Source of the DNA: a virus
Length of the DNA: 64,000 nt
IMG/VR virus record: IMGVR_UViG_3300045988_174371
Location: 128,001-192,000 of that record
Direction: 5' to 3' (one strand)
In this document: piece after piece, positions 53,194 through 62,500 of the stretch
Position numbering within the stretch: position 1 is the first letter of the stretch
Layout of the letters: the number at the start of each line of letters is the position of its first letter
Position numbers and translations under genes: made by a program
The notes under the pieces: model-generated
What the model was told of the DNA's origin: nothing
Database searches by the model: none
What the model saw: the letters and a program-made list of their open reading frames with translations, nothing else

Positions 53194-54240
53194 TTAGTAG
53201 TCGCCGGTGTTGATGGTGGACAAGAAACTGTCCCACACCTCACGGTTATGGTTCTTCGTCTCTTGAATTTGCAGTGCTTTGAGTGAGATGCCGTGCCCTT
53301 TGCGGGTGTAGAGGGATGCGAGCTGGAAGGTTCCTTTTTTCTGGCTCCACACCGGCTCGTACCCTAGTGGGTATCTTCCTGCGATGGTGTCAATGACACG
53401 CACTGGTTTGCCTGTCGAGTCTTGCACTAGCGCGTCCATAACCTCGTGTATGTACGCCTTATTGCTTTCGCCTAGGAATATTGCGCGTGAGAGCATCTTC
53501 ACGAAGGTATCGGCTTTACGGGCTTCCCCTAGCACGATAAAGATGACTGGTAGGTGCATTGTACCACCATTGTCAGCGACATACTCGACTAGTTCGGGGT
53601 GATGTACGGCTAGGTTCTCCGCCTGCTCGTCTGTTAGCCAGATGAGCATGAGGTCATAATGCCTATTGATAGGGGCTGTAGCGCCTTGTGCCCGGCTCCT
53701 ATCAGCTATCTGGCGTATTGCATGGGCGATGTGCTTTAGCACGTCCACTTCTCGGTTTGCGGCTTCGGTATAGTAGGTGTTGCTGACTATTGGGCGAGGA
53801 AAATCTCTGCGTTTAAACTCGCCAGTTGGGGTGCAATCAACGATTCGCACAGGTGCTTGCCAGACACTAGCGCCATGCCTTGCGTCAGTGTCATAGGTAA
53901 GGTTCCCCATCATTTCCAGCAGTTGCTCTTCCTCGCCATCAATGAAGATGCCATAGTGAGGGTCAATGCTTGGGGTGAAGATGCTTGCTCCACCCCAAGA
54001 GGACTTTGCCACTTCTACCCCAAACCCGGCAGGCGCGACTTTCCCGGTGTTGATGCGCAGGTCAAGGTCTAGCGCACTGCCGGGGATGTGGGTGTACTTC
54101 TTCGGTGGTTTAGGCTTGCGGCGTTGTTTCACCGTGAAGGTGCGGTTGCCGATAGTGATTACTTCACCCGGCTTCACCTTCTTCTTCGGGTTGCCCCTGT
54201 GACCATTTGGGTTGGGGACGTTCTGGGTTATCTGGGTCAT
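53194..54240 (-). CDS. FtsK/TraB-like ATPase, C-terminal part (348 aa)
   Basis: ATG at 54240 lies 8 nt after GGAGAA. YDLMLIWLTDEQAENL is Walker-B-like. There is no Walker A of its own. Confidence 0.55.
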   Translation of the reverse strand: MTQITQNVPNPNGHRGNPKKKVKPGEVITIGNRTFTVKQRRKPKPPKKYTHIPGSALDLDLRINTGKVAPAGFGVEVAKSSWGGASIFTPSIDPHYGIFIDGEEEQLLEMMGNLTYDTDARHGASVWQAPVRIVDCTPTGEFKRRDFPRPIVSNTYYTEAANREVDVLKHIAHAIRQIADRSRAQGATAPINRHYDLMLIWLTDEQAENLAVHHPELVEYVADNGGTMHLPVIFIVLGEARKADTFVKMLSRAIFLGESNKAYIHEVMDALVQDSTGKPVRVIDTIAGRYPLGYEPVWSQKKGTFQLASLYTRKGHGISLKALQIQETKNHNREVWDSFLSTINTGDY

Positions 54241-55351
54241 AAGGCATGTTCTCCACAATGGTCTTTACGCCGTCGATGTATACGTAGAACTGGGTGCGCT
54301 CGATGAGGTCGGTAATTGCTTGCGCCTTACCGGAACCAGTGGGACCCATAATGAGAACCATTGGCGTTGGCGGAGCAATCATGATTAGACCATGCTTACT
54401 CGCGTACTTCTCAGCTTCACCGGACACATTTACGAAGATGACCTGAACCATAGTCTCGCTACCCTCCTTAATGGGTAGCTGTGCGCCGCCAGAGTCACCC
54501 AAACCGATAGCGAATGCGCCAGACTCGATGCCGGGAGCGAAGATATAGTACGGGTCGAAAGTTGCCATGCGAGGCATGGGCGGCTTCGCGCGGACTCTGA
54601 ATATGCCGTCCTTCTGGTCGATAGGGTTCTTGCCGTCTTCGTCATCTAGGACATAGGTGCGGGTGTTAGTTAGAACCGCGTTCAAGTTCTTGAGGAGCGC
54701 CTGGTCGGTACCTTCCGTGAAGCCGGAGCTAATGTCGAAGGTTATTCTGGTTGGCTCTAGGTTCGTCTCATCATCCCAAGATATGATAGTCCAACAGGTA
54801 GGTGCCTTATCTTTAGGGATTTTAAGTTTCTTCTCAGCCGCGTCAGTAAGTTTCTGGTTCACTTTAGCTCGTTCACCCAAGAACCATTTAGGCGAGATGA
54901 GCGACACGATTACATAGATACCTAGGAAGATAAAAGATGCGACGATAAGCGGGTATGGGATTGGTGTAAGTGGCGCAACAAAAATAGCTATCGCACCGAG
55001 AAGAAAAGCCCCTAGCGTAACCATTCGTCGTTGTACTTGTGGCAACTCGAAGGTATCCTGAGGCTCTTCTTTTCCCTCTTCCTCACTATCAGGCTTAGGC
55101 ATCATCTTCTGAATCAGCGGGTGGATTTTAAAAGCGACGTGACGCTTGTCGCTATTGGCGTATTTCAGTCGCTCTTTCCACACTGGACGCACAGGCTTGT
55201 ACACCTGCTGACTGTCCTTTTTCAGGTTCTTGTTCGCAAGAAGGACCTTGTACTCACGACTAGTATCCCACCGCTTCAAGATGAAAGATACGGTGGGTAG
55301 GATTAGCAAATATATGCATACTAGAATCGTTGGTACAGTGTAATTTCCCAT
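54164..55351 (-). CDS. membrane-anchored FtsK/TraB-like ATPase, N-terminal part (395 aa)
   Basis: N-terminal TM helices, IGLGDSGG and Walker A LIMGPTGSGKA. It ends about 45 aa after the P-loop. The 3' end overlaps the next ORF by 77 nt. Confidence 0.6.
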   Translation of the reverse strand: MGNYTVPTILVCIYLLILPTVSFILKRWDTSREYKVLLANKNLKKDSQQVYKPVRPVWKERLKYANSDKRHVAFKIHPLIQKMMPKPDSEEEGKEEPQDTFELPQVQRRMVTLGAFLLGAIAIFVAPLTPIPYPLIVASFIFLGIYVIVSLISPKWFLGERAKVNQKLTDAAEKKLKIPKDKAPTCWTIISWDDETNLEPTRITFDISSGFTEGTDQALLKNLNAVLTNTRTYVLDDEDGKNPIDQKDGIFRVRAKPPMPRMATFDPYYIFAPGIESGAFAIGLGDSGGAQLPIKEGSETMVQVIFVNVSGEAEKYASKHGLIMIAPPTPMVLIMGPTGSGKAQAITDLIERTQFYVYIDGVKTIVENMPYDPDNPERPQPKWSQGQPEEEGEAG

Positions 55352-55360
55352 AGAGTAGAT

Positions 55361-55408
55361 ATAGCAAGCCCCGGCAACCAAGTTTTCTGGTTTGCCGGGG
55401 CTTGCTAT
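55361..55408 (-). terminator. hairpin terminator of ssb
   Basis: atagcaagccccggcaa pairs with ttgccggggcttgctat. Confidence 0.65.
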
Positions 55409-55434
55409 CTATGGTATCCGTCTAAACATATGGC

Positions 55435-55986
55435 TTAGAACGGAGGGGCGTCTTCACCTACAGGGGCTCCCCACTGCTCATTGTAGTTAGGCTGAGGCTG
55501 TGCCTGCTGGTAGCCACCTGCCTGCTGGTACTGAGCTTGGTTCTGGTAGCCACCTGCCCCCTGCTGATACTGACCCTGTGCCGCCTGCTGGTAGCCACCT
55601 GCCTGCTGTGCATTAAGGGCAACGTTTACAGTCTGGCGACGGTTGAGGCGGGGCGCGATGAGTGCGTTCTCAAGGTTGTAGCTTCGCCCGATAGTGCCGG
55701 GGTTCTTCTTGCTCTCGTACTCGTTAATCACCAAGTCGCCCATAAGGATAACGGAGAGACCCTTCTGGGTAAAGGTCTTGGCGACTAGTTCCGCGTCGTC
55801 GTCCCAGAAGGTTGCGGTGTAGAACTGGGATACACCCTTGTCCTTCCATACGCCGTTGTCCTTAGTGCCAGGGGTAGTTGCGACGGTGACATCCGCAACG
55901 CGCCTGCCGTCGGGAAGAGTTCGCAGTGTTGCAGGGTTCGTAGTGTTGCCGTTGATGGTGACGGAGGGTGCGCTGAAAAACTTCAT
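55435..55986 (-). CDS. ssb: single-stranded DNA-binding protein (183 aa)
   Basis: OB-fold N-terminal domain, G/Q/Y-rich tail and an acidic tip EDAPPF. Confidence 0.85.
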   Translation of the reverse strand: MKFFSAPSVTINGNTTNPATLRTLPDGRRVADVTVATTPGTKDNGVWKDKGVSQFYTATFWDDDAELVAKTFTQKGLSVILMGDLVINEYESKKNPGTIGRSYNLENALIAPRLNRRQTVNVALNAQQAGGYQQAAQGQYQQGAGGYQNQAQYQQAGGYQQAQPQPNYNEQWGAPVGEDAPPF

Positions 55987-56065
55987 CTGAAGCCTCTTTC
56001 TGTAGTCGTAATGTCCTTAACTAGTGTAGCGTATTGGTGCCGGGTGGTCTAACGAGTTTCGGCTT

Positions 56066-59000
56066 TTATTTGCTTTGCTCATCGTCGTTACCGCGCTTGG
56101 CGTTGGGGTCTAGCTTCCACCAAGGACTATAGCCGTCGCTGGTGCGAACAATGTCATTGAGCGTTTCTTCCGGGGTGCGGTTAATCTTGTACCCTAGCTC
56201 ATTCTCAATGTACTTGTGAATAGCAAGCCCCCAATGTCGGTGCATCTTTTCGAAGTTGTCACTGTCGCGAGCAACATTGAACGCATCAACGTTGAAGTAT
56301 GGCTTAAATGCTTCGGGTAGCTCATAGACGATGACGCTCTGCTGTCGCTCGTCTAGTGCGCTTCGGTGATGCCTTGCCATACTGTCTGCCGCCGCTGTGG
56401 TTAGCGCCTTGTAAGCGGTTAATGCGTCTGCTTCGCTCTTGACGTTCTCACGCTGAAGCTCAGGCTGTGCTAGAGCCATTGTGAGGTATGTGTCCTTGAT
56501 AGGCTTCATGCGCGGCTTAGCTTTCTTCTCGTCAGCCTTATTCTTGATAGGCTTAAGCAGTTCGCTATCCGGTACGAGCCCGTCTGACTTGCACCTCTGG
56601 CAGTACATGCGGTTAGTGAGCGAGTCTACAAACATGTTTATTTCACCGTGTTTGTAGGTGCGCTTACAGTTGGAGCATACTAGCAGGTCTGGTTCATCCG
56701 CAGTAGGCGTGTGTCCTTGCGGTTTGAGCAGCCTGCTGGGAGCGAACTCGTTCGCCTTATTGGATGCGCGGGTGGTGAAGCGACCGAACTTGGACTCGTT
56801 GGCAATGTCTCGCTTCTTGTCGGCGGCGGCGCTACTAGCCGCCTTGAGGAAGGAGCCACCGGCACGTTTCGCAGTCACACCGCTAACAACGGATGCGGTA
56901 CCGATACCTGTTACACGTTTGGTAGCCAACCCAATCCTGTTGAGTACACCAACAGGCTTGGACACAAGACCGCCCGCGTAGGTCTCTGCAAGAGCCAGAA
57001 CGCGGTTCTTCATCTTCCACAAAGCGAAAGACAGGAGAGCCAACACGACAACCCCCCACCAGAAACCGGAGCTTGCCATAATCTTGTAGCCCCACAGCAC
57101 GAATACGACCGATAGGGTCAGCAGTAGACCTAGTGCTATTCGTGCGAAATACAGGTAGAGTGCCATCTTCCCGTATTTCTTGGCGAAGCTAATACCTTGG
57201 TGAGTTGAGGTCATCAAGGCGATTGCGGCGAAGGGAACGATGAGGATGTACAGCTGTAGTACTACGCTAAGGATTGCGGTCAGTAGCGCGAGGATACCGG
57301 GGACAGTGAGCGCAATAAGAGCGACGATGAGGGAAGATAGACCCACTCCAATTCGTGCACCACTTGAAGCGCCTACCCAGGTGTTCCAAGACTCAAGAGG
57401 CTTGGAGTTCATGTCCTGCGCGCCGCGAGTAATCTCTACTGCTGAGCTGGAGTTACCAGTGCTCACAGCGGCGGCATGAGGGGAAAGTCCGTCTTTCTCC
57501 TTGGTTACGTCAATATTGCGTTCTTTAAGCCACGCTTGAGGGTCAGTAACGTTGTCCTGGTTACCCCAGTCGGTGCCAGGGCGGACTTCGAAGTGAAGGT
57601 GGCAACCGTATGCGTGTCCGGTGTCGCCGCTGGAGGCAATTTCTTGTCCAGCCTTAACCTCGTCGCCAACCTTGACGCGCAGAGAGCCATCTTGCATGTG
57701 CCAGTACATCGTGCTAACGCCGTCATGCTGGATAATGATACCGTTTGCCCCGTCAGATGCTTTCTGTGCAAACACAACTTTACCGTTACCAGCGGCATAG
57801 ATAGGTGCCCCGCACTGTGCACCAAAGTCTATACCCTTGTGTACGTCACCGAGCTCTGGGCGGTTTCCATAGGGTGAAGTCATTGCGGCTTCGGCAGGTC
57901 GCGCCCATTCGCCATTGGAAACATTGCTTGGCAGGTCGCGAGCTTGCGGAACCTTAATCTCAACGTCTTTCTCGTTGTAGTTGCTGAGGGCATCTACAAC
58001 GCGCCACCAGTCAGTAGAGACACCTTGGGCTTCACGTGACTTACCGGCGGTCTCGTTGCCGGTTTGCAAGTGATTGGTGGTTTGGGTAGAGAGCTGATAA
58101 ATAGCCCAGTTGTTCAGGGTGGTTTCCGCGCCCATTGGGACAGATGCGTCCCCTACCCATTTACCGTTACTGTTGCCTAGCTTCTTGCCATCTTTCGCCC
58201 ATTCGGGTATGTCTTTACCCTCAGCCCAGAGATTATTCGGGTTCGTGCCGAACTGTCCCTGTACCCAGGGGTCAAACACGAACAGTTTCGTGAAGGTACA
58301 GGATAGCTGAGAGGCTACAATTTCACTGTAGTTCTCACTGACAACTTGAGCTACCTCGTCACCGATTACCTTTACAGGGTCTTTACCATCTTCCTTGGTA
58401 GCCTTGTAGGTGCTCTTCTTATTACCAACTTCAGTTGAACACCATTCACCCATGCTGGTAAGCTCTTCCGTGGTCGCCTTGATGGTGATGCTTTGAATCC
58501 ACGCGGCGGCACGGTTTGGTAGAGGTAGAAGCTTGGGTGATAGCGCAATAAACGACACCGCAAACAAGCCGGTAAAGAGCGCAATGGAGAAGCGCTTCCA
58601 CTTCTCCCTAGCCTGGTCGCCGGTCACGATACCCTTCACTAGGAACAGTAGACCACCGAGCACGATAAGTGAAGCGAGGGGGATAAGGAAATTATCCTGA
58701 AGGAAGCGGAGGATGCCGCCTAGTGCGTCGGGGTTGTTGCCTACAAGGATGTTAGTTAGACCCATCAGCTTAGCAATGTCCTTGAAGCTGAGGACAAGTA
58801 GGGCGAGGAAGAATCCGAGTACCCAGGTGGTTGCGCCAAGGAGAATGTTGCCAATGTAGGTACCTGCGGCAGATGCGTATCGGACACCCTGACCGTTGGC
58901 GTAAATCTGAGTTCGCGGGTCGAGGCTGGAGCTTGCCCTATCCCAGGTTGCGGTGGGGTCGAGGCGAGTCTCATAATAATGGTTCGCCTTCGGGTCTTTA

Positions 59001-59542
59001 GCTTCAGGCTTATCGGCACATGCGTCAATTCGCAAGTAGTTCCACTCGCCGGTATATGCGGTGAACTGGTAGCCGCCAAGCCCGAACCTGTCAAAGAAAT
59101 TCAGCTTATTGCCTTTGTTGAACCCTGCGCCGTTGGTCGCGTCAGTGCCGCCAATGACAAGCTGTTGGTTATTCTTCTCAATATCGACACCTACAACCTT
59201 AAGCAACATGTTAGCGCCACTTTCAGGGTTGGAGCGCCCACTTGTAGCGGCTGATTTACTGTACGCCATGAATTGCAAGTCGTTGCTCTGGCTGTACTGA
59301 TAAAGGCGTGCGGGGAGGCTGTCTTTTCCGAAAGCATCGCACATCACCCATTTATTCACGTCGAGTGCGTGGGCGGGCTGAGCTTTCCCACTATTCACGC
59401 TGAACGCAGGGTACAAGCTGAATGCTAGGAGTGTTGCAGTTAGGAGAGCGATAAGGGCGCGCCACGCCCCCCTAACGCCTTTCCTGTTGGTGTTAGGGGG
59501 GTTCACTGCTGGTGTAGCTGTGAGTCTGGTTTTTGCGCGCAT
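56066..59542 (-). CDS. polytopic membrane protein with M23 peptidase domain and C-terminal Zn-ribbon (1158 aa)
   Basis: HKGIDFGA...GDTGHAYGCHLHFEV (M23 HxxxD/HxH motifs), more than 8 TM helices and CSNCKRTYKH...YCQRC. Confidence 0.85.
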   Translation of the reverse strand: MRAKTRLTATPAVNPPNTNRKGVRGAWRALIALLTATLLAFSLYPAFSVNSGKAQPAHALDVNKWVMCDAFGKDSLPARLYQYSQSNDLQFMAYSKSAATSGRSNPESGANMLLKVVGVDIEKNNQQLVIGGTDATNGAGFNKGNKLNFFDRFGLGGYQFTAYTGEWNYLRIDACADKPEAKDPKANHYYETRLDPTATWDRASSSLDPRTQIYANGQGVRYASAAGTYIGNILLGATTWVLGFFLALLVLSFKDIAKLMGLTNILVGNNPDALGGILRFLQDNFLIPLASLIVLGGLLFLVKGIVTGDQAREKWKRFSIALFTGLFAVSFIALSPKLLPLPNRAAAWIQSITIKATTEELTSMGEWCSTEVGNKKSTYKATKEDGKDPVKVIGDEVAQVVSENYSEIVASQLSCTFTKLFVFDPWVQGQFGTNPNNLWAEGKDIPEWAKDGKKLGNSNGKWVGDASVPMGAETTLNNWAIYQLSTQTTNHLQTGNETAGKSREAQGVSTDWWRVVDALSNYNEKDVEIKVPQARDLPSNVSNGEWARPAEAAMTSPYGNRPELGDVHKGIDFGAQCGAPIYAAGNGKVVFAQKASDGANGIIIQHDGVSTMYWHMQDGSLRVKVGDEVKAGQEIASSGDTGHAYGCHLHFEVRPGTDWGNQDNVTDPQAWLKERNIDVTKEKDGLSPHAAAVSTGNSSSAVEITRGAQDMNSKPLESWNTWVGASSGARIGVGLSSLIVALIALTVPGILALLTAILSVVLQLYILIVPFAAIALMTSTHQGISFAKKYGKMALYLYFARIALGLLLTLSVVFVLWGYKIMASSGFWWGVVVLALLSFALWKMKNRVLALAETYAGGLVSKPVGVLNRIGLATKRVTGIGTASVVSGVTAKRAGGSFLKAASSAAADKKRDIANESKFGRFTTRASNKANEFAPSRLLKPQGHTPTADEPDLLVCSNCKRTYKHGEINMFVDSLTNRMYCQRCKSDGLVPDSELLKPIKNKADEKKAKPRMKPIKDTYLTMALAQPELQRENVKSEADALTAYKALTTAAADSMARHHRSALDERQQSVIVYELPEAFKPYFNVDAFNVARDSDNFEKMHRHWGLAIHKYIENELGYKINRTPEETLNDIVRTSDGYSPWWKLDPNAKRGNDDEQSK

Positions 59543-59562
59543 TAGGTTGCTGTCCTTCTTCT

Positions 59563-62500
59563 TTACCTATGCATCTTATAGCTGATAAGCTTCTCCACCA
59601 TTTCGAGAAGAAGCTTGTGCTCTTCGGGCGCGTGGCTGGTGTTGTGGTTGGTCAGCCATTTCCTGATGAGTTCAAGCTCTTCAAGTGAGCGTTCGTTGAG
59701 CTGTTCCTCAGTGAGGGTAAGGGCGTTCTTCACCTCGTCCGGGATGTCGTTGAGGGTTCCGCCGTTCATTGCTTCCATTGTGCGTTCCGCTTGCATGTTG
59801 CGGAAGAATCGCTCTTGGAACCTGTTGGCGGCTTGAGCCCCCACCGACTTTGCGGCGTACTTGAGGGTGTTTTCCTTGCCTGTTACCTTATGGATTGCCC
59901 GCTCTTCTGGTGTGAATCGAACGTCATTCTGCACGTCGAAGCGTTCGGACTTTGGGATAGCTTTCTGGTTGGATTGCTTCTCCACGGTTTCCTGTACCAT
60001 GCTGTGTGCGGCTTCGGCTGAACGTTTACGCTCTTCAAGGGCGGCTTGGACGTTCGCGGCATGAGCTTCACCTTCAGGTGCTTCCCATTTGCCGCCGAGC
60101 TGTTCGACATAGTTTTTCTGTGCTTCGTAGCGTTCCTGCACGGTCGCTTCGGCATGTGCACGTTCCTTTGCTTTAGCTTCCTGTAGGGCGGTGACAGTCT
60201 TCTTAGCGCTACGGATGTCCTTGGGGCTTCGGAGCCTATCGATGCTTGTGTCGGTTGCCTTAACGCCGTGTTCTGCGGCGTTAATTTCGTTGAGGTTGCG
60301 TGCGATGTCCTTTGCTTCGTTGAACCCTTCCATGTCCTGTACGCTCTTACGGGCTGTTTCCAGACCTGTTGCATGGGCTGTAAGTACAGTTCGTACAGCA
60401 CCCTTGCGGTTGTGCGGGTTGAACTGAGGTAGCTCAGTGGCGGACTTTGCCGCTGTGATGAAGCCGCCACGCAAACCGTTCTCAGCATAGCCGGTTGCAA
60501 AGCCACGCTTTGCCTTGCTAGGTGCCATCTCCACGAAACGGACGACGCTCTTGCCAACCTTGGTCTTAGACAGGATAGCCTTACTGTCGGTCATGTTCAT
60601 CGTTCCGGCGATGCCGTGACCTGCCATGATGCGCTTCATAATCTTACGAGCACCCAAGAGTATAAGGAGCGACATGAGCGCCTGAGCGATAAACACGTAG
60701 ATGTACTCGCTCACCGAACTTGTGAGGTTGATGAGTAGCACAGACATGAGGCATAGCAGGAAGGTCAGAATTGCAGACTGAGCGTACAGACCAAGGATGT
60801 TGGTCACGTACTTGAGGGTTGCAGTCTTAGTCTTCTTACCGAGAAGCGCCATTAGCAGGATGAATGGCAATATGACGAGCATCAGTAGCAGGATTGCTTT
60901 GATGATTGCCTTGTATATTGCGAAGTACCCTACCGTGATGCCGGTGATGCCAGCGGCTATAGGGGCGAGTGCCCCTACTGATGCGCGAGACATGGGTTCG
61001 CGCCCTGCCCAGTATTTGAGGTAGCGGGAGTCTGTGCCAGCACCGTTGTCAATTCCTGCTTGAACATCTACTATTCGGTACATGTCACGGCTGGTAATTC
61101 CAGCAGGGCGGTTGGGGTTATCTGCGGTGGTGGTGCCAGTACTCATGAGGTCTAGCTGATAGAGCGCCCAGTTGTTCACCGTGATACCTGCGCCCATCTG
61201 TACGGGTGCGCGGCTCACCTGTGCACTGTTGGTGTTGGTGAGGGTGTGCGCTGTTACAGGGCGCTTAGCGTCTACAGCGTACAAGTTGTTGTATCCGGTT
61301 CCCCATTGTGCGTAGCTCCACGGGGTGAGGACGTTCATGCGCCATACCTCGCACATTAGGGTTCGGGTTGCCGGGTCTGCGTCGGTTCGCTTAGCGGCGT
61401 ATTTGATGACTCCTGTGTTGCCGGTGGCGCTACAGATTTCGTCCCCTAGCGTGTTGGTTACTAGCGCGTCAGCGATAGCGCTGTCGAGTACGTTCACGCT
61501 CCTGTCCACGAATTTAATGGTTTCGTGGGGCTTGTTGAGCATGAGCGTGGCAGTGGTGGAGATAGCTAGGATACCTACGATGAATACGGCGATTGAGCGG
61601 ATGCCGCGCTTGCCGGTCGTGATAGTTTCGCGCGTCAGCAGTAGAACGCCTACGAATGCTACAGTGATGGCAAACGGGTAGAAAGCATTATTAGTGAATA
61701 GGGTGATGAGGTCGGCAATGAGGTTGTCTATACCGAAGGTCTGTAGAATCGGTGACATGCCGATGTTGAGGGCGGCGTTGGCGAAGCGAGTGATTCCAGA
61801 TGCGGACAGGATGCCTGCATTGGCGAAATCGGTAAATACGCCGTCTGAGCTGAACAGCATAGATGCCATGTTGGATTCGTATAGCTCACGGCGGGTATCG
61901 TTCATGATGCCGTCGCCCGTGCCGTAGATGCCGCCCTTGATGGGTGCGCGGGTGTGGGCGCAGTCGGAGTTGTATTTGCCGTCTGCGTTGAACAGCTTCA
62001 TGGGCTTGCCGTTGCCGTCCAGCTTATCGGTGCCGTCTGCGTTAAGGCAGTAGTACTGGTTGGTGGGGCTGTTGAAGTTTGCGGCAATGTTCTTCCTGAG
62101 GAAGTCTTGGAAGAACCCTGGCTGGTTTAGCTGTTCTGCGAGTTTCTTCCCTGCTTCACCTTCCTTATCCTTGGTGTACTTCTGTACGGCGGTGGTGTAG
62201 GCGTTAGGGACGCAGGAGTAGAAAGCGCTGATGGTTTCATCGCGCTTAGCTTCGTCTTCGTCTACGTTACAGGTGAGGTTGTACTTTTGGGCGGATTCGA
62301 ACCATCCCTTGTTGTGTTCCTTCCAGTCTTTGATGGTCTCAGCTTGCTTGTCGGTTGCGTCCCATTGGTAGTCGGGGTGCTCCATGTTGGCGGTCTTTGC
62401 CGCTTCAGAACATGCGTTTTCGTCAGCAAGCTTAGAGATGGTGTTCTTTGAGCCGTCGGGGTTGGTGACGATACAGGTAGTGCCGCCAGCTACAGGTTGT

